The notes: generated by a model not told the origin, from the sequence alone. Counted from the stretch's first letter, positions 50,592 through 62,006 are shown. The stretch: DNA of 64,000 nucleotides from Aulosira sp. ZfuVER01 (GCA_034530615.2 JAVRCV020000056.1:1-64000), one strand, 5' to 3'. Numbers and translations: made by a program.

Positions 50592-51383
50592 TTATTCTTG
50601 ATTGAGAAATTGCTGTTCTTCAGGGAGTAACTTCGTTTCACTCACTGGTTTTTCAGTTGTAATATTTGCTGACTGTGATAATGGTCGAATAATGAAACTC
50701 ACGCCAATTGCCCAAGCGATCGCCACCATCCAACCTGCAATAATATCACTGGGAAAATGTACCCCTAGATATAGACGTGTCCAGGCTATGGCAAAGACAT
50801 ACAAACTACCTAAAATCACTGTTAACCAGCACCAAACGCTACCCCAAGTTAAAACTACCAAAAGAGTAATCAACGTCATACTTGTCATAGCATGACCACT
50901 GGGAAAAGAATAATCAAACTCTGGTGCAACTGAAGTCCACAAATCAGGACGGACTCTGTGCCAGAATTCTTTGGCGGTGCGGTTGATAGCGATATTACCA
51001 GCAGCAGTAATCAGTAAATAGGTGAGCGATCGCCAGCGTCGTTGTCCTAGTAAAAGAAGTGCGATCGCGCTCAGAATGGGTAACACAGTCCAAACAGAAC
51101 CCAATTTTGTCAATATCAGGGCAAAGACATCTAACTGTGGCTGTGCTAGAGAGTGAATAGTCACCAAAATCGGTAAATCCCAAGGGAAACCACCCTCGTT
51201 GTAGCGCACCTCTAACGCTAGCAGTCCAAAAATTTGTAGTGGTACATATACCCCTATAAACAGCAGCAACAAAGAACGCCAATAGGTAATTAACAATTTT
51301 TGCACAAACCCGAGGGGCGATTGCGGCTTTGGCAAAGATGCGGCTTGTTGATTTTTATCCTTGGCTCTTTCTAACTCTGGCAT
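50592..51383 (-). CDS. PAP2-family phosphatase
   Basis: K....RVRP, SFPSGHA, TRLYLGVHFPSD. Confidence 0.9.
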   Translation of the reverse strand: MPELERAKDKNQQAASLPKPQSPLGFVQKLLITYWRSLLLLFIGVYVPLQIFGLLALEVRYNEGGFPWDLPILVTIHSLAQPQLDVFALILTKLGSVWTVLPILSAIALLLLGQRRWRSLTYLLITAAGNIAINRTAKEFWHRVRPDLWTSVAPEFDYSFPSGHAMTSMTLITLLVVLTWGSVWCWLTVILGSLYVFAIAWTRLYLGVHFPSDIIAGWMVAIAWAIGVSFIIRPLSQSANITTEKPVSETKLLPEEQQFLNQE

Positions 51384-51734
51384 ACAAACTACGGTATTGC
51401 AATTGAATTAAAGTAGTTTTTTGAGATACTATCATTTAGTCTACTACTGAAGTACCAATATCTTCCAAAATCCTATTGCTCGCAAAAAAGCTTTTTTTAT
51501 TAAGTATAAATTACAACTAATTGTTAATCAAACTTTACAAAAATAATAGACTTTGGCTATTTTTCGCTTTAAAATACGGTAAGTCGATGAGGTTTTAGTG
51601 TTTGATGAATTTATCCCAGGGGTTCTTCAAAACTTGCAATTACATGAAAGCTTCTGCACGACAGCGTTACAGCCAATCTTTTAGTTTCAGCTAAACAAAG
51701 TCACATTCGCAAAACCCCACTTAAGGACAGGAGT

Positions 51735-52526
51735 ATGGATTTTTTATTGTTGCCTCTTTTCAGCTTTCTCGTTGGTATTGTCGTTGGTCTGACAGGCATT
51801 GGTGGTGCTTCTCTCATCACTCCCATGTTGATTTTTGTTTTCCAAGTACCACCTGCGGTAGCAGTCAGTTCTGATGTTGTAGCGGCGACGTTAATGAAAC
51901 TCGTTGGTAGCATCAAACATTGGCAACAACAAACCCTCGATACAGAAGTAGTAAAATGGCTGGCTTTGGGGAGCGTTCCTGGTTCTTTGTTGGGAGTAGG
52001 AATCTTGCACCTGATTAAATTCAAGGCCGAATATAACCTGAATAACATAATGCTGCATTTGTTGGGTGTGGCGATTTTATCAGTCACTCTTTTGGCATTA
52101 GTGCAAATGCTGCTATTGACCTTTTTTCCACAATTGCAACTACCCGAACTACCCAAATTTGACTTAACCACTCGAGTAGGACGCTTGCAGACGGTAAGTA
52201 TAGGAGCATTTTTAGGCTGTGTTGTCGGTCTAACAAGTGTTGCTTCTGGTTCAATGTTTGCCTTGGTACTGATTGCATTTTTTCGTTTGGATGCGCGGAA
52301 GTTAGTGGGTACAGATATTTCCCAAGCTGCAATCTTATTATTATTCACTGCTGTTGGCCATCTCACCTTGGGAACAGTTGATTGGAATTTAGTATTACCA
52401 ATATGGCTTGGTTCAGTACCAGGAGTATTGTTAGGGGCTAAAGTCTGTCAAATTGTGCCACAAAAACCACTGCGGTTTATGGTTTATTTTATATTGATGA
52501 TGGTAAGTTTAAAGTTGGTTTATTAG
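51735..52526 (+). CDS. TauE/SafE sulfite exporter family protein
   Basis: GLTGIGGASLITPML, AVSSD, LVGTD. Confidence 0.88.
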   Translation: MDFLLLPLFSFLVGIVVGLTGIGGASLITPMLIFVFQVPPAVAVSSDVVAATLMKLVGSIKHWQQQTLDTEVVKWLALGSVPGSLLGVGILHLIKFKAEYNLNNIMLHLLGVAILSVTLLALVQMLLLTFFPQLQLPELPKFDLTTRVGRLQTVSIGAFLGCVVGLTSVASGSMFALVLIAFFRLDARKLVGTDISQAAILLLFTAVGHLTLGTVDWNLVLPIWLGSVPGVLLGAKVCQIVPQKPLRFMVYFILMMVSLKLVY

Positions 52527-52607
52527 ACAAAAATTGTCAAAAAATTTTGGATTGCAAAAATAATGATGAACTAATAAAAAATCAGCAACAAATCAGGATA
52601 GTTTGGA

Positions 52608-53294
52608 ATGAGTGAGTTACTTACTACACTTTTAGTGGGAATCTCAGCCTTTGTTGCCACTAATATTGATGATATCGTTATTTTATTAATACTGTTTTCT
52701 CAGCTAAATTCTAGCTTTAGGTATCGGCACATTATTGCTGGTCAATATTTAGGCTTTACAGTGTTAATTATTGCCAGTCTTCCTGGGTTATTAAGTGGGT
52801 TAATCTTACCACCCAACTGGATTGGACTGCTGGGATTAATACCGATGACGATAGGTATCAGCAGTTTGATTAATCGCGAAGAAAATGAAAAGCTAGAGGT
52901 TGAAACTATAACAGCAGAGTATCAGGATGCAAACACTTCCAGTTTGTTTAATGTGAAAACTTACAGCGTTGCAGCCATAACCATCGCTAATGGTAGCGAT
53001 AATATCAGCGTCTATGTACCATTATTTGCAAGTAGTAATGCAGGTGATTTTATAATTATTATTGGAGTATTTTTTCTACTAATAGCAATTTGGTGTTATT
53101 TAGCTTATAAATTGACCTATCAAACAAAGATAGCAAATTTATTAACTCAGTATAGCAATTATATTTTGCCTTTCGCATTAATAATCTTGGGTGGGATAAT
53201 TATTTTAAAAACCGCAGCTTTAAGTTCAATCAAGTTAGCGGCTAGTTGTATTTGTTTAGCAATTTTAGTAAAAAAGCAACCATTATCGAACTAA
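52608..53294 (+). CDS. CadD-family (cadmium resistance) transporter
   Basis: FVATNIDD, GQYLGF, TIANGSDNISVYVPLF. Confidence 0.88.
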   Translation: MSELLTTLLVGISAFVATNIDDIVILLILFSQLNSSFRYRHIIAGQYLGFTVLIIASLPGLLSGLILPPNWIGLLGLIPMTIGISSLINREENEKLEVETITAEYQDANTSSLFNVKTYSVAAITIANGSDNISVYVPLFASSNAGDFIIIIGVFFLLIAIWCYLAYKLTYQTKIANLLTQYSNYILPFALIILGGIIILKTAALSSIKLAASCICLAILVKKQPLSN

Positions 53295-54226
53295 GCCACC
53301 TGTACATTCTCTTGCATCAAGATTGATTCAAAAGCTGTCATGACTCGCGTATGAAAACGTTGACGATGTTTCAGTTTCCAAACAGGCTGGACAATTTCTA
53401 ATTTCTTCGTAGATTTTTTTTGCGGATCGATAATTTGCACAGAGTGTAATGTCCCTATTTGTAATTCTTTTTTCACCATTGATTCTGGAAGTGCAGCCGC
53501 ACCAACACCACTTTCTACAACTGCTTTCACCATTTCACTAGTGTTGAGGTTAAGTACAACATCTAGGTTATTAGGTTCAATTCCCCAAGTTTGTAAGGCT
53601 CTTTCAAACATCTGCTGTGCGCCAGAACCAGATTCACGCATTACCCAATTTGTGCTGAATAATTCATCTAAATAAATTTCGGTACGCTGATACCAAGAGT
53701 GAGACTTACCTACAACAATTTGCAGGCGATCGCTTCCTACTTGGTCTTTCTCTAAAGATTGCTGTAACGATGGTTTAATCTCCCCTGTTACTAAACCTAA
53801 ATCATACATACCTACAGCAGTTCCTTCACAAATTTCTTCCGCATTTCCTAGCCGACAATTGATAAAAATGCCAGGATACAACTGCTTAAACTGGCTAATT
53901 TTTTCGGGTAGCCAATAGTTACCAACTGTCAGACTTGCACCTATTTTTAATTCTCCCCGTTGCAGATTATTTAATTCCTTCAAGCCACGTTCTGTTAACT
54001 CTACATGGTCGAGAATTTTTTGCGCCTCACCCTGTAATAATTTACCTGCATCTGTGATTTCAATATGACGACCAATGCGATGAAATAACCTGACACCATA
54101 TTCTGTCTCTAGACTTTGGATCGCAGCACTGACTGCTGGTTGAGTGATATAAAGTGCTTCTGCTGCACGGGTAAAGTGCAACATTTCTGCTACAGCTAAA
54201 AAAATTCGCAATTGTTCCAATGTCAT
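53291..54226 (-). CDS. LysR-family transcriptional regulator (CysL-like)
   Basis: MTLEQLRIF..FTRAAEALYITQPAVS; MRESGSG; ORF track extends to 54265. Confidence 0.9.
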   Translation of the reverse strand: MTLEQLRIFLAVAEMLHFTRAAEALYITQPAVSAAIQSLETEYGVRLFHRIGRHIEITDAGKLLQGEAQKILDHVELTERGLKELNNLQRGELKIGASLTVGNYWLPEKISQFKQLYPGIFINCRLGNAEEICEGTAVGMYDLGLVTGEIKPSLQQSLEKDQVGSDRLQIVVGKSHSWYQRTEIYLDELFSTNWVMRESGSGAQQMFERALQTWGIEPNNLDVVLNLNTSEMVKAVVESGVGAAALPESMVKKELQIGTLHSVQIIDPQKKSTKKLEIVQPVWKLKHRQRFHTRVMTAFESILMQENVQVA

Positions 54227-54402
54227 TTGGACTATATACAGGCTTGTATGGTAATGATTTTTCACACCCTGAGAGAATTATACGGTAAATTTAGCGGAAA
54301 GCTGTAGTTAAGTGTAATTGTTTTAAATTACATACTTGCAATCATATCTGTGTATCGATAAATTCAATCTATGGATTTAACAAAAAAGACTGTTTGCTCT
54401 TA

Positions 54403-54526
54403 TTGATGGGTAGCCATAGAGTGAAACTATGCCTTTCACACAGGTTCCTTAGTCAAGCAAATCGTCAGTTAGATTAAACCTCCGTATCACTGATACAGAT
54501 GCTTGAGAGGCACTACCATTGAGGAG
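54403..54526 (+). ncRNA. Candidate structured 5' leader upstream of second cadD gene
   Basis: Nested stems TTGATGG(G)TAG/CTACCATTGA, CATAG/CTATG, TGCCTT/GAGGCA, TCAAGCA/TGCTTGA, GTATC/GATAC ending at RBS GAGGAG. Confidence 0.4.
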
Positions 54527-54539
54527 ACACAACGCACCC

Positions 54540-55292
54540 ATGAGTGGATTACTGACCGCTATACCTACAGGACTCACCGCCTTCGCTGCTACTAATCTTG
54601 ATGATATCGTCGTCCTATCACTATTTTTCTCACAGATAAATGCTTGCTTTCGCCGTCGTCACATCGTTATCGGTCAGTATTTGGGTTTTAGTGCGTTAGT
54701 AGTTGCCAGCTTACCCAGCTTTTTTGGCAGATTCATTCTACCAGAATCCTGGATTGGGTTACTCGGTATTGTGCCAATCATCATCGGTATGAATCGCTTA
54801 CTCAATCAAGAGACTAACGATACAGAAGATTTAAACACCCCTGAATCTTCGCAAGCTTGGTGGAGCAATTTCCTTTCACCACAAGCCTATGGTGTAGCAG
54901 CAGTTACCATTGCCAATGGTAGTGACAACATTAGTATCTATATGCCTTTATTTGCCACCCATACCTGGGATAGCTTACTTGTGATTTTGGTAGTTTTCTT
55001 CCTGTTGGTAGGTGTGTGGTGTTATACAGCTTATCACTTAACTCAAATAAGTGCGATCGCCTCTGCAATTACTCGCTACGGTAACTCTTTAGTTCCCTTT
55101 ATTTTAATGGGATTGGGTGTTTCCATTTTAATAGAAAGCCAAACCTTACAAACTCCTGCTTTAGTTTTCATTACCTGTGTAGGTATTGGTTCTTACCTGT
55201 TAATTTTAGGCAAGAACATTTGGCGAGAAAATTATGGCTTTTCTTTGGGAGCGTCTGAAGCTGAAGTTATACCCAGAGTTAAACAAAAATGA
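54540..55292 (+). CDS. CadD-family transporter (second paralog)
   Basis: FAATNLDD, GQYLGF, TIANGSDNISIYMPLF; ATG 54540 after GAGGAG. Confidence 0.88.
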   Translation: MSGLLTAIPTGLTAFAATNLDDIVVLSLFFSQINACFRRRHIVIGQYLGFSALVVASLPSFFGRFILPESWIGLLGIVPIIIGMNRLLNQETNDTEDLNTPESSQAWWSNFLSPQAYGVAAVTIANGSDNISIYMPLFATHTWDSLLVILVVFFLLVGVWCYTAYHLTQISAIASAITRYGNSLVPFILMGLGVSILIESQTLQTPALVFITCVGIGSYLLILGKNIWRENYGFSLGASEAEVIPRVKQK

Positions 55293-55399
55293 GTTTTGAT
55301 GTTTATAACTTCCACCAACAGACAGATGAACAAATGTTTAATTAATACCTTAAATTAGGTAATTAGTACTGAGAAAAATTAATTTCTGAGGAAAAACAC

Positions 55400-56023
55400 A
55401 TGAAATTTTTCAAAAATACTCTTGTTAAAATTACGCTGGTTTGCTTATTACTATTGATAAACTTGACGATTGCTCAACCATCTTGGGCAGGAAAAAAATT
55501 AGCTGATGACCCAGACTATATAGAAATTACCAAATCACTAGAATCTGCTTTACAGGATAAGCAAACCCAAGGAACTACACCAGAAATTGAGCAAAAAATT
55601 TCTAATTTGAGATACCAAAAGTACATTGTGGAAAATAGTGAAGATCCTGTAGCAATTTGTCGCAATGAAACAGATAAAACCCTGTTAATATACGGTCAAA
55701 AACCCAAAAAATCTACCTCATCTTATGACAATGAATTGTATCTGCTACCCAGTGGCGCAGAAACAGATGACGAGTGGGACTGCCAAGGCGTTTATATTCC
55801 TGGAAAACCAGCTACAGAACAACAAGCAGCCACATCAGCTAAAGCTTTGAAGATTGTTCATGGAACTCGGTTAGTTGTCACAACCAACCCCGAAACTGGA
55901 GAAATTGATTTCAATCTTCCGCCTGCGAAGGTTTTTCAATCTGGCGAAGCTAACTGGTTTATTCCTGACGATTTGCAAGCCACACTAGATGCGGGAATTA
56001 CCACAGCAAAAATTAACGATTAA
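55400..56023 (+). CDS. Secreted hypothetical protein
   Basis: Signal peptide ending PSWA; GAGGA RBS. Confidence 0.75.
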   Translation: MKFFKNTLVKITLVCLLLLINLTIAQPSWAGKKLADDPDYIEITKSLESALQDKQTQGTTPEIEQKISNLRYQKYIVENSEDPVAICRNETDKTLLIYGQKPKKSTSSYDNELYLLPSGAETDDEWDCQGVYIPGKPATEQQAATSAKALKIVHGTRLVVTTNPETGEIDFNLPPAKVFQSGEANWFIPDDLQATLDAGITTAKIND

Positions 56024-56167
56024 GCGAATAGTATAGATTGAATAGGCAAATTCAACCAGAATTTTCAATAAAAAACTCCATCCCCTTGTGGGTGGATTTT
56101 TTGTTAGTAAGTAAGTGAGTGAGAAAAATTCAACATTTCTGAATAAAGATAAATAATTCGTAGATTC

Positions 56168-56244
56168 GTAGGGTGTGTTATGCCGTAGGCTAACGCACCT
56201 TAAAATGTTGGCGGTGCGTTGCGCTGCGCGACAACACACCCTAC
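56168..56244. repeat. Palindromic dispersed repeat, copy of 25351-25434
   Basis: Identical arms, different central spacer. Confidence 0.85.
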
Positions 56245-56429
56245 AAATGACTACTGTAATGCGAATTACAATAAAATAAATTGATTAAAAGCTTAAAGTT
56301 AATCAATAAGTTTTATTGTGTATCAATAAAATGCTATTTAATTGCCAAATAAATTATTGATATAGTTTTTTTAGTGGAAAATAAATAAATATAGAAAATT
56401 TTGAGTAATTAATTCAACAAGTAAATCTC

Positions 56430-56855
56430 ATGAAGATAGAAGCAGCAAAAGTAGAAACAAATAATTCAGAAAAAAAGAAGTACAGGTCAGACCGAGTTCG
56501 GGATCACTTAGCAAATGAGCGTACCTATCTAGCATGGATGCGCAGTGGTATTGCGCTCATGGGTTTTGGTGTTTTGATTGTACGATTGCGAATAATTCGA
56601 CCTCCATTAGCACCACAACCTCCAGGTAGTGGTTGGAAGCTAGGTTTAGCATTTGCTTTAGTTGGTGTGTTAACAGTATTACTTTCAACTCAGCATTATT
56701 TCGCTGTCCGTCGAGACATTGACGAGGATACTTATCAGCCGCCAGACCGTTGGATACTTCTGGCGAGTTTAGCTGTGGTTCTCCTCGGTGGGGGTGTACT
56801 ATACTATGTGTTCACGGTTCCTCTAGATTATTTGAATAGTTTTATACTAGAGTGA
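56430..56855 (+). CDS. DUF202/YidH family membrane protein
   Basis: RDHLANERTYLAWMRSGIAL. Confidence 0.88.
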   Translation: MKIEAAKVETNNSEKKKYRSDRVRDHLANERTYLAWMRSGIALMGFGVLIVRLRIIRPPLAPQPPGSGWKLGLAFALVGVLTVLLSTQHYFAVRRDIDEDTYQPPDRWILLASLAVVLLGGGVLYYVFTVPLDYLNSFILE

Positions 56856-56931
56856 GAAATTTACCTGCAATCCTTGTAAAGACGGAGCATCGCTACGTCT
56901 CTACATTATTTTTCAGCCAGATTGGAAGTTT

Positions 56932-57897
56932 CTAATTGAATATAGGTATTTCCAACTCTGATAAATCCTTAAACAACGTGGTACTCAAGTAGCGTTCGCC
57001 AAAACTAGGTTGAACTATAACAATCAACTTACCGTTATTTTCTGGACGCTTTGCCACCTGAATAGCTGCATACAAAGCTGCACCTGTAGAGATACCCGAT
57101 AATAAACCTTCTTCTCTTGCTAATCTCCGACTATATGCGATCGCATCTTCATCCGACACCGCAATCACTTCATCAATAAGTTCTAGCCGACAAATTGCTG
57201 GGACAAATCCTGCGCCAATCCCTTGAATTTTATGCGCTCCCGATTGTCCTCCCGACAGCACCCGACTATTACTTGGTTCTACAGCAATAGCTTGAAAACT
57301 GGGCTTACGTTGTTTAATTACCTCAGCTACACCAGTTAATGTTCCCCCAGTACCAACTCCTGCTACCAAAATATCTACCTGTCCATCGGTATCTTGCCAA
57401 ATTTCTTCAGCAGTTGTTTGACGATGGATTTTAGGATTAGCTGGGTTACGGAACTGTTGCAACATATAGGCATTGGGCAATTCTGCCACAATTTGCTCGG
57501 CTCTAGCGATCGCTCCCCGCATCCCCTCTAAACCAGGAGTTAATTCTAACTGTGCGCCATAAGCTCGCAACATCGCCTGTCTTTCTGTACTCATCGTATC
57601 TGGCATAGTCAGAATCAAATGATAGCCTTTAGCCGCAGCCACCATTGCCAAAGCGATACCCGTATTCCCAGAAGTTGGTTCTACTAATGTTGTCTTACCT
57701 GGATGAATTAAACCCGCCTGTTCTGCATTTTCCACCATACTCACGCCAATTCTGTCTTTTACAGATGCAGATGGATTCATGCTTTCTAACTTCACCACAA
57801 TATCTGCTACAGCTCCCTCTGCTTGAGGAATCCTGTTTAACTGCACCAGTGGTGTGCGCCCAACTAACTCTGTCATATCTTTGGCAATTTTCATCAC
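56932..57897 (-). CDS. cysK: Cysteine synthase A
   Basis: [43 protein letters not shown]. Confidence 0.95.
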   Translation of the reverse strand: MMKIAKDMTELVGRTPLVQLNRIPQAEGAVADIVVKLESMNPSASVKDRIGVSMVENAEQAGLIHPGKTTLVEPTSGNTGIALAMVAAAKGYHLILTMPDTMSTERQAMLRAYGAQLELTPGLEGMRGAIARAEQIVAELPNAYMLQQFRNPANPKIHRQTTAEEIWQDTDGQVDILVAGVGTGGTLTGVAEVIKQRKPSFQAIAVEPSNSRVLSGGQSGAHKIQGIGAGFVPAICRLELIDEVIAVSDEDAIAYSRRLAREEGLLSGISTGAALYAAIQVAKRPENNGKLIVIVQPSFGERYLSTTLFKDLSELEIPIFN

Positions 57898-58011
57898 AAC
57901 TCCTCACGTCAAAATCTCACAAAAAAATATAAAAATTCTTACCCCTTCTGCCTTGAAAGAGGCAATAGGCAAGAGTCATTAATTAATTATTCTTCCGATC
58001 TCCCTTGTCCA

Positions 58012-58100
58012 CGCCACTTGCTACAACGCGACGGCACTTCCTTCAAGTCGGCAAAGCCGCCCAACGGAGTGCCTTGGAAACCCGCACAACGCAGTGGCTC
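58012..58100. repeat. Nested short dispersed repeats
   Basis: Inner ggcacttccttcaagtcggcaaagccgcccaacggagtgcc inside outer gccacttgctacaacgcg...gaaacccgcacaacgcagtggc. Confidence 0.6.
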
Positions 58101-58174
58101 CCCTTGTCTTCCTTGTCCTTTTTCATGCATGGCGATGAAATTTTTTCATTGGGACTGCCCTCTGCCTTCTGTTG

Positions 58175-58645
58175 CTAAATGTAATACATCTGACTTTTCT
58201 GTAAACGTGCTTCTCGTTGGTCACACAAGTCTTGGATGGTATATTGGCTCAAAACAGCTTGTGCTGCTACATCCGCTTGTCGCCAAATCTCCGACACCAA
58301 GGTTTTTTCTAAATTTTCTGGCGAAGGGGATTCTTTTTCTTTTTGCTCTCCATCCAACATAATTACGACTTCTAACAATGTCAGTTGCCGAGGTTCGCGC
58401 ACCAAAATAAAGCCACCCCTAGAGCCACGTTGACTCTGCACCACACCCGCCCGCCGTAGATTGGAAAGAATCTGCTCCAGATAACGCTCTGGTATTGGAT
58501 GCTTGGCGGAGATGTCACTCATGGTGGTGGGCGTTTTGTGAGCATAATGGTTGGCTAGTTCTAAAAGTGCCAATAACGCATATTCCACTTTGGCAGACAA
58601 ATCCAAGAGGGTATAGTTTTGTTTTTTTAAGCTCTCTGTCATCAT
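58175..58645 (-). CDS. Rrf2-family regulator (CymR-like, lacks the Fe-S Cys triad)
   Basis: LSAKVEYALLALLEL, ERYLEQIL, SQRGSRGGF; upstream of cysK. Confidence 0.9.
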   Translation of the reverse strand: MMTESLKKQNYTLLDLSAKVEYALLALLELANHYAHKTPTTMSDISAKHPIPERYLEQILSNLRRAGVVQSQRGSRGGFILVREPRQLTLLEVVIMLDGEQKEKESPSPENLEKTLVSEIWRQADVAAQAVLSQYTIQDLCDQREARLQKSQMYYI

Positions 58646-58898
58646 ACTACTGTTAGCTGGTAGACTTATTGTACTTTAAACGAGAAAATTGCTAAAAACA
58701 ATGTTTAATGAGATACAGTTATCTAACTCATACTAAATTACTATAATTCTATCAACTTATCGGGGTTTATTTGTAAAGCTCTTGATTTAAGGCTGAATTA
58801 GTCTATACAAACTTCATCTAATCAAACATAGCTATTTTCAGCTTGTAACAAATATCACTACAAAATCAAACCACATCTTCATTTGCCAAGGCAAAAAT

Positions 58899-59621
58899 AT
58901 GCTTTTAACTGACTTACGCACAATTTCTGAACGCGATCCCGCAGCCCGTAATTGGCTAGAGATTGTATTCTGTTATCCTGGCGTTCAAGCTTTGATGTTT
59001 CATCGCCTTACCCACTGGTTGTACAAAATCGGGATTCCCTTTGTACCAAGATTTATTTCTACTATCAGTCGGTTTTTGACAGGGATTGAAATTCACCCTG
59101 GCGCAAAAATTGGTAAAGGTGTATTTATCGATCACGGTATGGGTGTAGTCATTGGGGAAACAGCTATCGTGGGTGATTATGCACTGATTTATCAAGGTGT
59201 CACCCTTGGCGGTACAGGAAAAGAAAGTGGTAAGCGTCATCCTACATTGGGTGAGAATGTCGTTGTAGGAGCAGGTGCAAAAGTCTTAGGTAATATTCAA
59301 ATTGGTAATAATGTTCGTATTGGTGCCGGTTCAGTAGTTTTGCGCGATGTTCCCAGTAATACAACTGTGGTAGGAATTCCAGGACGTTTGATTCGCACAG
59401 ATAATACTAATGTTTTAGAGCATGGAAAAGTCCGAGATGTCGAAGCAGAGGTAATTCGCGCCCTCTTTGAACGTGTCAAAAACCTAGAACACCAGGTAGA
59501 ACAGTTAGACGTTAATAATATTCATCTATCCCACAACCAAGCGAACAATGAACACATTGACGAAACTAAAGCCGAGAGTGACTTAGTGATTGAAGAGTTT
59601 TTAGATGGCGCAGGAATTTAG
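58899..59621 (+). CDS. cysE: Serine O-acetyltransferase
   Basis: RDPAAR, GIEIHPGA, FIDHGMGVVIGET, GKRHPTLG. Confidence 0.95.
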   Translation: MLLTDLRTISERDPAARNWLEIVFCYPGVQALMFHRLTHWLYKIGIPFVPRFISTISRFLTGIEIHPGAKIGKGVFIDHGMGVVIGETAIVGDYALIYQGVTLGGTGKESGKRHPTLGENVVVGAGAKVLGNIQIGNNVRIGAGSVVLRDVPSNTTVVGIPGRLIRTDNTNVLEHGKVRDVEAEVIRALFERVKNLEHQVEQLDVNNIHLSHNQANNEHIDETKAESDLVIEEFLDGAGI

Positions 59622-59871
59622 GAAAACGCCAACCTCCTCAATCAATTTTTGATGTTCACAAAGAGACGCGGAGAAAGGGAGACGCGGAGACACGGGGACA
59701 GAAATTGGAAGAGGATTGTGACCTCGCCCAATTTCAAGCGTCTGAATAAAAGATTCAGACGGGGTTTCAGATCCGTGGAGCTTCCACTCCGGACACGGGG
59801 ACGCATCAAACGCTCCGCGTCTCCGCGTCCCTGTATCTTCTTTGATGAGTGAGGAGGTCAGAACACAGCCA

Positions 59872-60891
59872 CTACCTTAAGCCATTAGCAGTAGCAAACA
59901 CCTTTGTTTGTTTGGGTTTGATATAGACACGTTGACCCTTTTGTAACTGAAGTTGATAAAACTGTTCTCGGCTAAGATGAGCATTGAGTATTTCACCAGA
60001 CCGTAAAACTAACTCCACACGAATTTCCCAACCAAGGTGAGTAATTCGCTCAACGATCGCAAGAGTACTATTTTCATCGTCATTCTTACCAATTAAGATA
60101 TCGTGTGGTCGCAAAAATACTTTTTCACTAGGAGACACAGCACTTGTGTCAGGAATGATATCGACATGACTGGATAGAACATTCACCGGGCCGATAAAAC
60201 TCATCACAAACGGTGTAGCTGGGTTATCATAAATCTCCGCCGGAGTCCCAACTTGTTCTACTCTTCCTTTATTCATCACCACAATTTCGTCAGCCACTTC
60301 CATTGCTTCTTCTTGATCGTGGGTGACAAATACAGTCGTGACATGAACTTCTGAATGCAGATTGCGTAACCACATACGCAAATCCTTACGGACTTTGGCA
60401 TCTAATGCGCCAAAAGGCTCATCTAACAATAATATTTGGGGTTGCACAGCTAATGAGCGTGCTAATGCAACTCGTTGTCTTTGTCCACCAGATAGTTGAG
60501 AAGGATAGCGATCGCCAAATCCCTGCATCTGTACCAATTCCAAAAGTTCATCAACCCTCTGACGGATGCGGTTTTTAGGATGTTTACGCAAATCCATAGC
60601 GAAGGCAATATTCTCACGTACTGTCAGGTGTTTAAACAGCGCGTAATGCTGGAAAACAAAGCCAATGTTCCGTTCTTGTACGCTGCGGTATGTAGCATTT
60701 TCACCCACTAACCAAATTTCGCCATTATCTGGTGTTTCTAAACCAGCAATGATGCGCAGTAGTGTGGATTTTCCTGAACCGGAAGGGCCTAACAACGCTA
60801 CCAGAGAATCTGTCTTGATCTCTAAACTCACATTATCAACAGCATAAAAACTTCCATAGTGCTTAGAAACGTTTTCAACTAAGATTCCCAT
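59872..60891 (-). CDS. cysA: Sulfate ABC transporter ATP-binding protein
   Basis: [47 protein letters not shown]-like tail. Confidence 0.9.
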   Translation of the reverse strand: MGILVENVSKHYGSFYAVDNVSLEIKTDSLVALLGPSGSGKSTLLRIIAGLETPDNGEIWLVGENATYRSVQERNIGFVFQHYALFKHLTVRENIAFAMDLRKHPKNRIRQRVDELLELVQMQGFGDRYPSQLSGGQRQRVALARSLAVQPQILLLDEPFGALDAKVRKDLRMWLRNLHSEVHVTTVFVTHDQEEAMEVADEIVVMNKGRVEQVGTPAEIYDNPATPFVMSFIGPVNVLSSHVDIIPDTSAVSPSEKVFLRPHDILIGKNDDENSTLAIVERITHLGWEIRVELVLRSGEILNAHLSREQFYQLQLQKGQRVYIKPKQTKVFATANGLR

Positions 60892-61046
60892 ATTCTTTGC
60901 TTCTAAATTTGGTATTTAGTTAATTTAACTACGATTATTCTACTGATTTTTAGTATTTAATTAAAATGGCAATTATTTTGTATCATAAAATACATAAAAT
61001 TTTACTACTAAAAAATTAAATATTTTGCCGATTCAAGTTACATAAC

Positions 61047-61337
61047 TTAACAGTACCAACTATCGCCATCTGTATTTGGTTTACCCACAATTTTGATATT
61101 TAAAGTTTCCAAATAATTTAAACTCTCCTGTATTTGAGACATATAACCTCGCAATTCTAAATCAAAACATCCTGGGAGATTAGTATTTTTTTCTAGTTGT
61201 GCCCCAGTAATATTAACAGTTAAGTTGAACCGCGAAATAATTTGAGAAATAATTGGCTCTTGCCAGTAAGATTTAGGAATATATAAACGCACGCGCAGTT
61301 GAGTCATACTGCCATTTTTAGTCAAAAATGAAATCAT
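61047..61337 (-). CDS. Standalone NIL-domain protein
   Basis: RLYIP..QEPIISQIISRFNLTVNITGA..FDLELRG. Confidence 0.8.
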   Translation of the reverse strand: MISFLTKNGSMTQLRVRLYIPKSYWQEPIISQIISRFNLTVNITGAQLEKNTNLPGCFDLELRGYMSQIQESLNYLETLNIKIVGKPNTDGDSWYC

Positions 61338-61352
61338 AGATAAATATTCGCT

Positions 61353-61991
61353 TTAAATGACATATCCATGTAAAAAAGACGAGTCCAACCACAGTGGTAA
61401 CTGTAGTTTTTTTAAATAATTGAAACTAGAAAAAAGTTGCTGTGGTTTACCCCAAAGGTCTAAATCAAACCAACCATCATCTTGCTGATTTGCTGGTAGT
61501 GATGCTTCAATAATATTGACTGTAATTCCATAGCGTGAAACTAAGTTAAAGATGATTGGTTGCTTGTAGTAATCTTTCAAGATGCAAATCTGTAAGCGTA
61601 GTCGGCAAGATTGACTGTTGCGAATGTTGTAGGCTGGAGTGTTTAAAGTTGTTGGTAAAGGTGCAAGTTCTTTACTTACTTGAGGAAACATCTGAGAACT
61701 AGGATTATGCTCCACATTGCCAGGGATACTTAGATGCATGACATCTACTCCCAAATTCTGCAAATACAACAAACCATCACAGATCTGTTCTGAATTGCCT
61801 TGGAGTTGCAAGTCAAACCAACCATAATTTTCTGTAGCTGTCAGCATCGCCGCCATGATATTGACTGTGACACCATAGCGCGATACCAAACGGGAAATTA
61901 AAGGTTGACGTTGATAATGCTGAGGTATCCGAATACGGCTATCAACTGGAGTGGGTTGAGGTAATTTCTTACGCGGCATAGGAATCTGCAA
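61353..61991 (-). CDS. Tandem two-NIL-domain protein
   Basis: Two copies of QP.I..LVSRYG.TVNI..A....GWFDL.L.G. Confidence 0.8.
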   Translation of the reverse strand: MQIPMPRKKLPQPTPVDSRIRIPQHYQRQPLISRLVSRYGVTVNIMAAMLTATENYGWFDLQLQGNSEQICDGLLYLQNLGVDVMHLSIPGNVEHNPSSQMFPQVSKELAPLPTTLNTPAYNIRNSQSCRLRLQICILKDYYKQPIIFNLVSRYGITVNIIEASLPANQQDDGWFDLDLWGKPQQLFSSFNYLKKLQLPLWLDSSFLHGYVI

Positions 61992-62006
61992 GGGGAGAAC
62001 GTTTAA

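Noticed and set aside
51701..52366. 221-aa minus-strand ORF
   Set aside because: Antisense to the well-supported TauE/SafE gene
59649..59852. 67-aa Arg-rich ORF after cysE
   Set aside because: Made of gacgcgga/gacacggg short repeats and a dispersed repeat; likely non-coding
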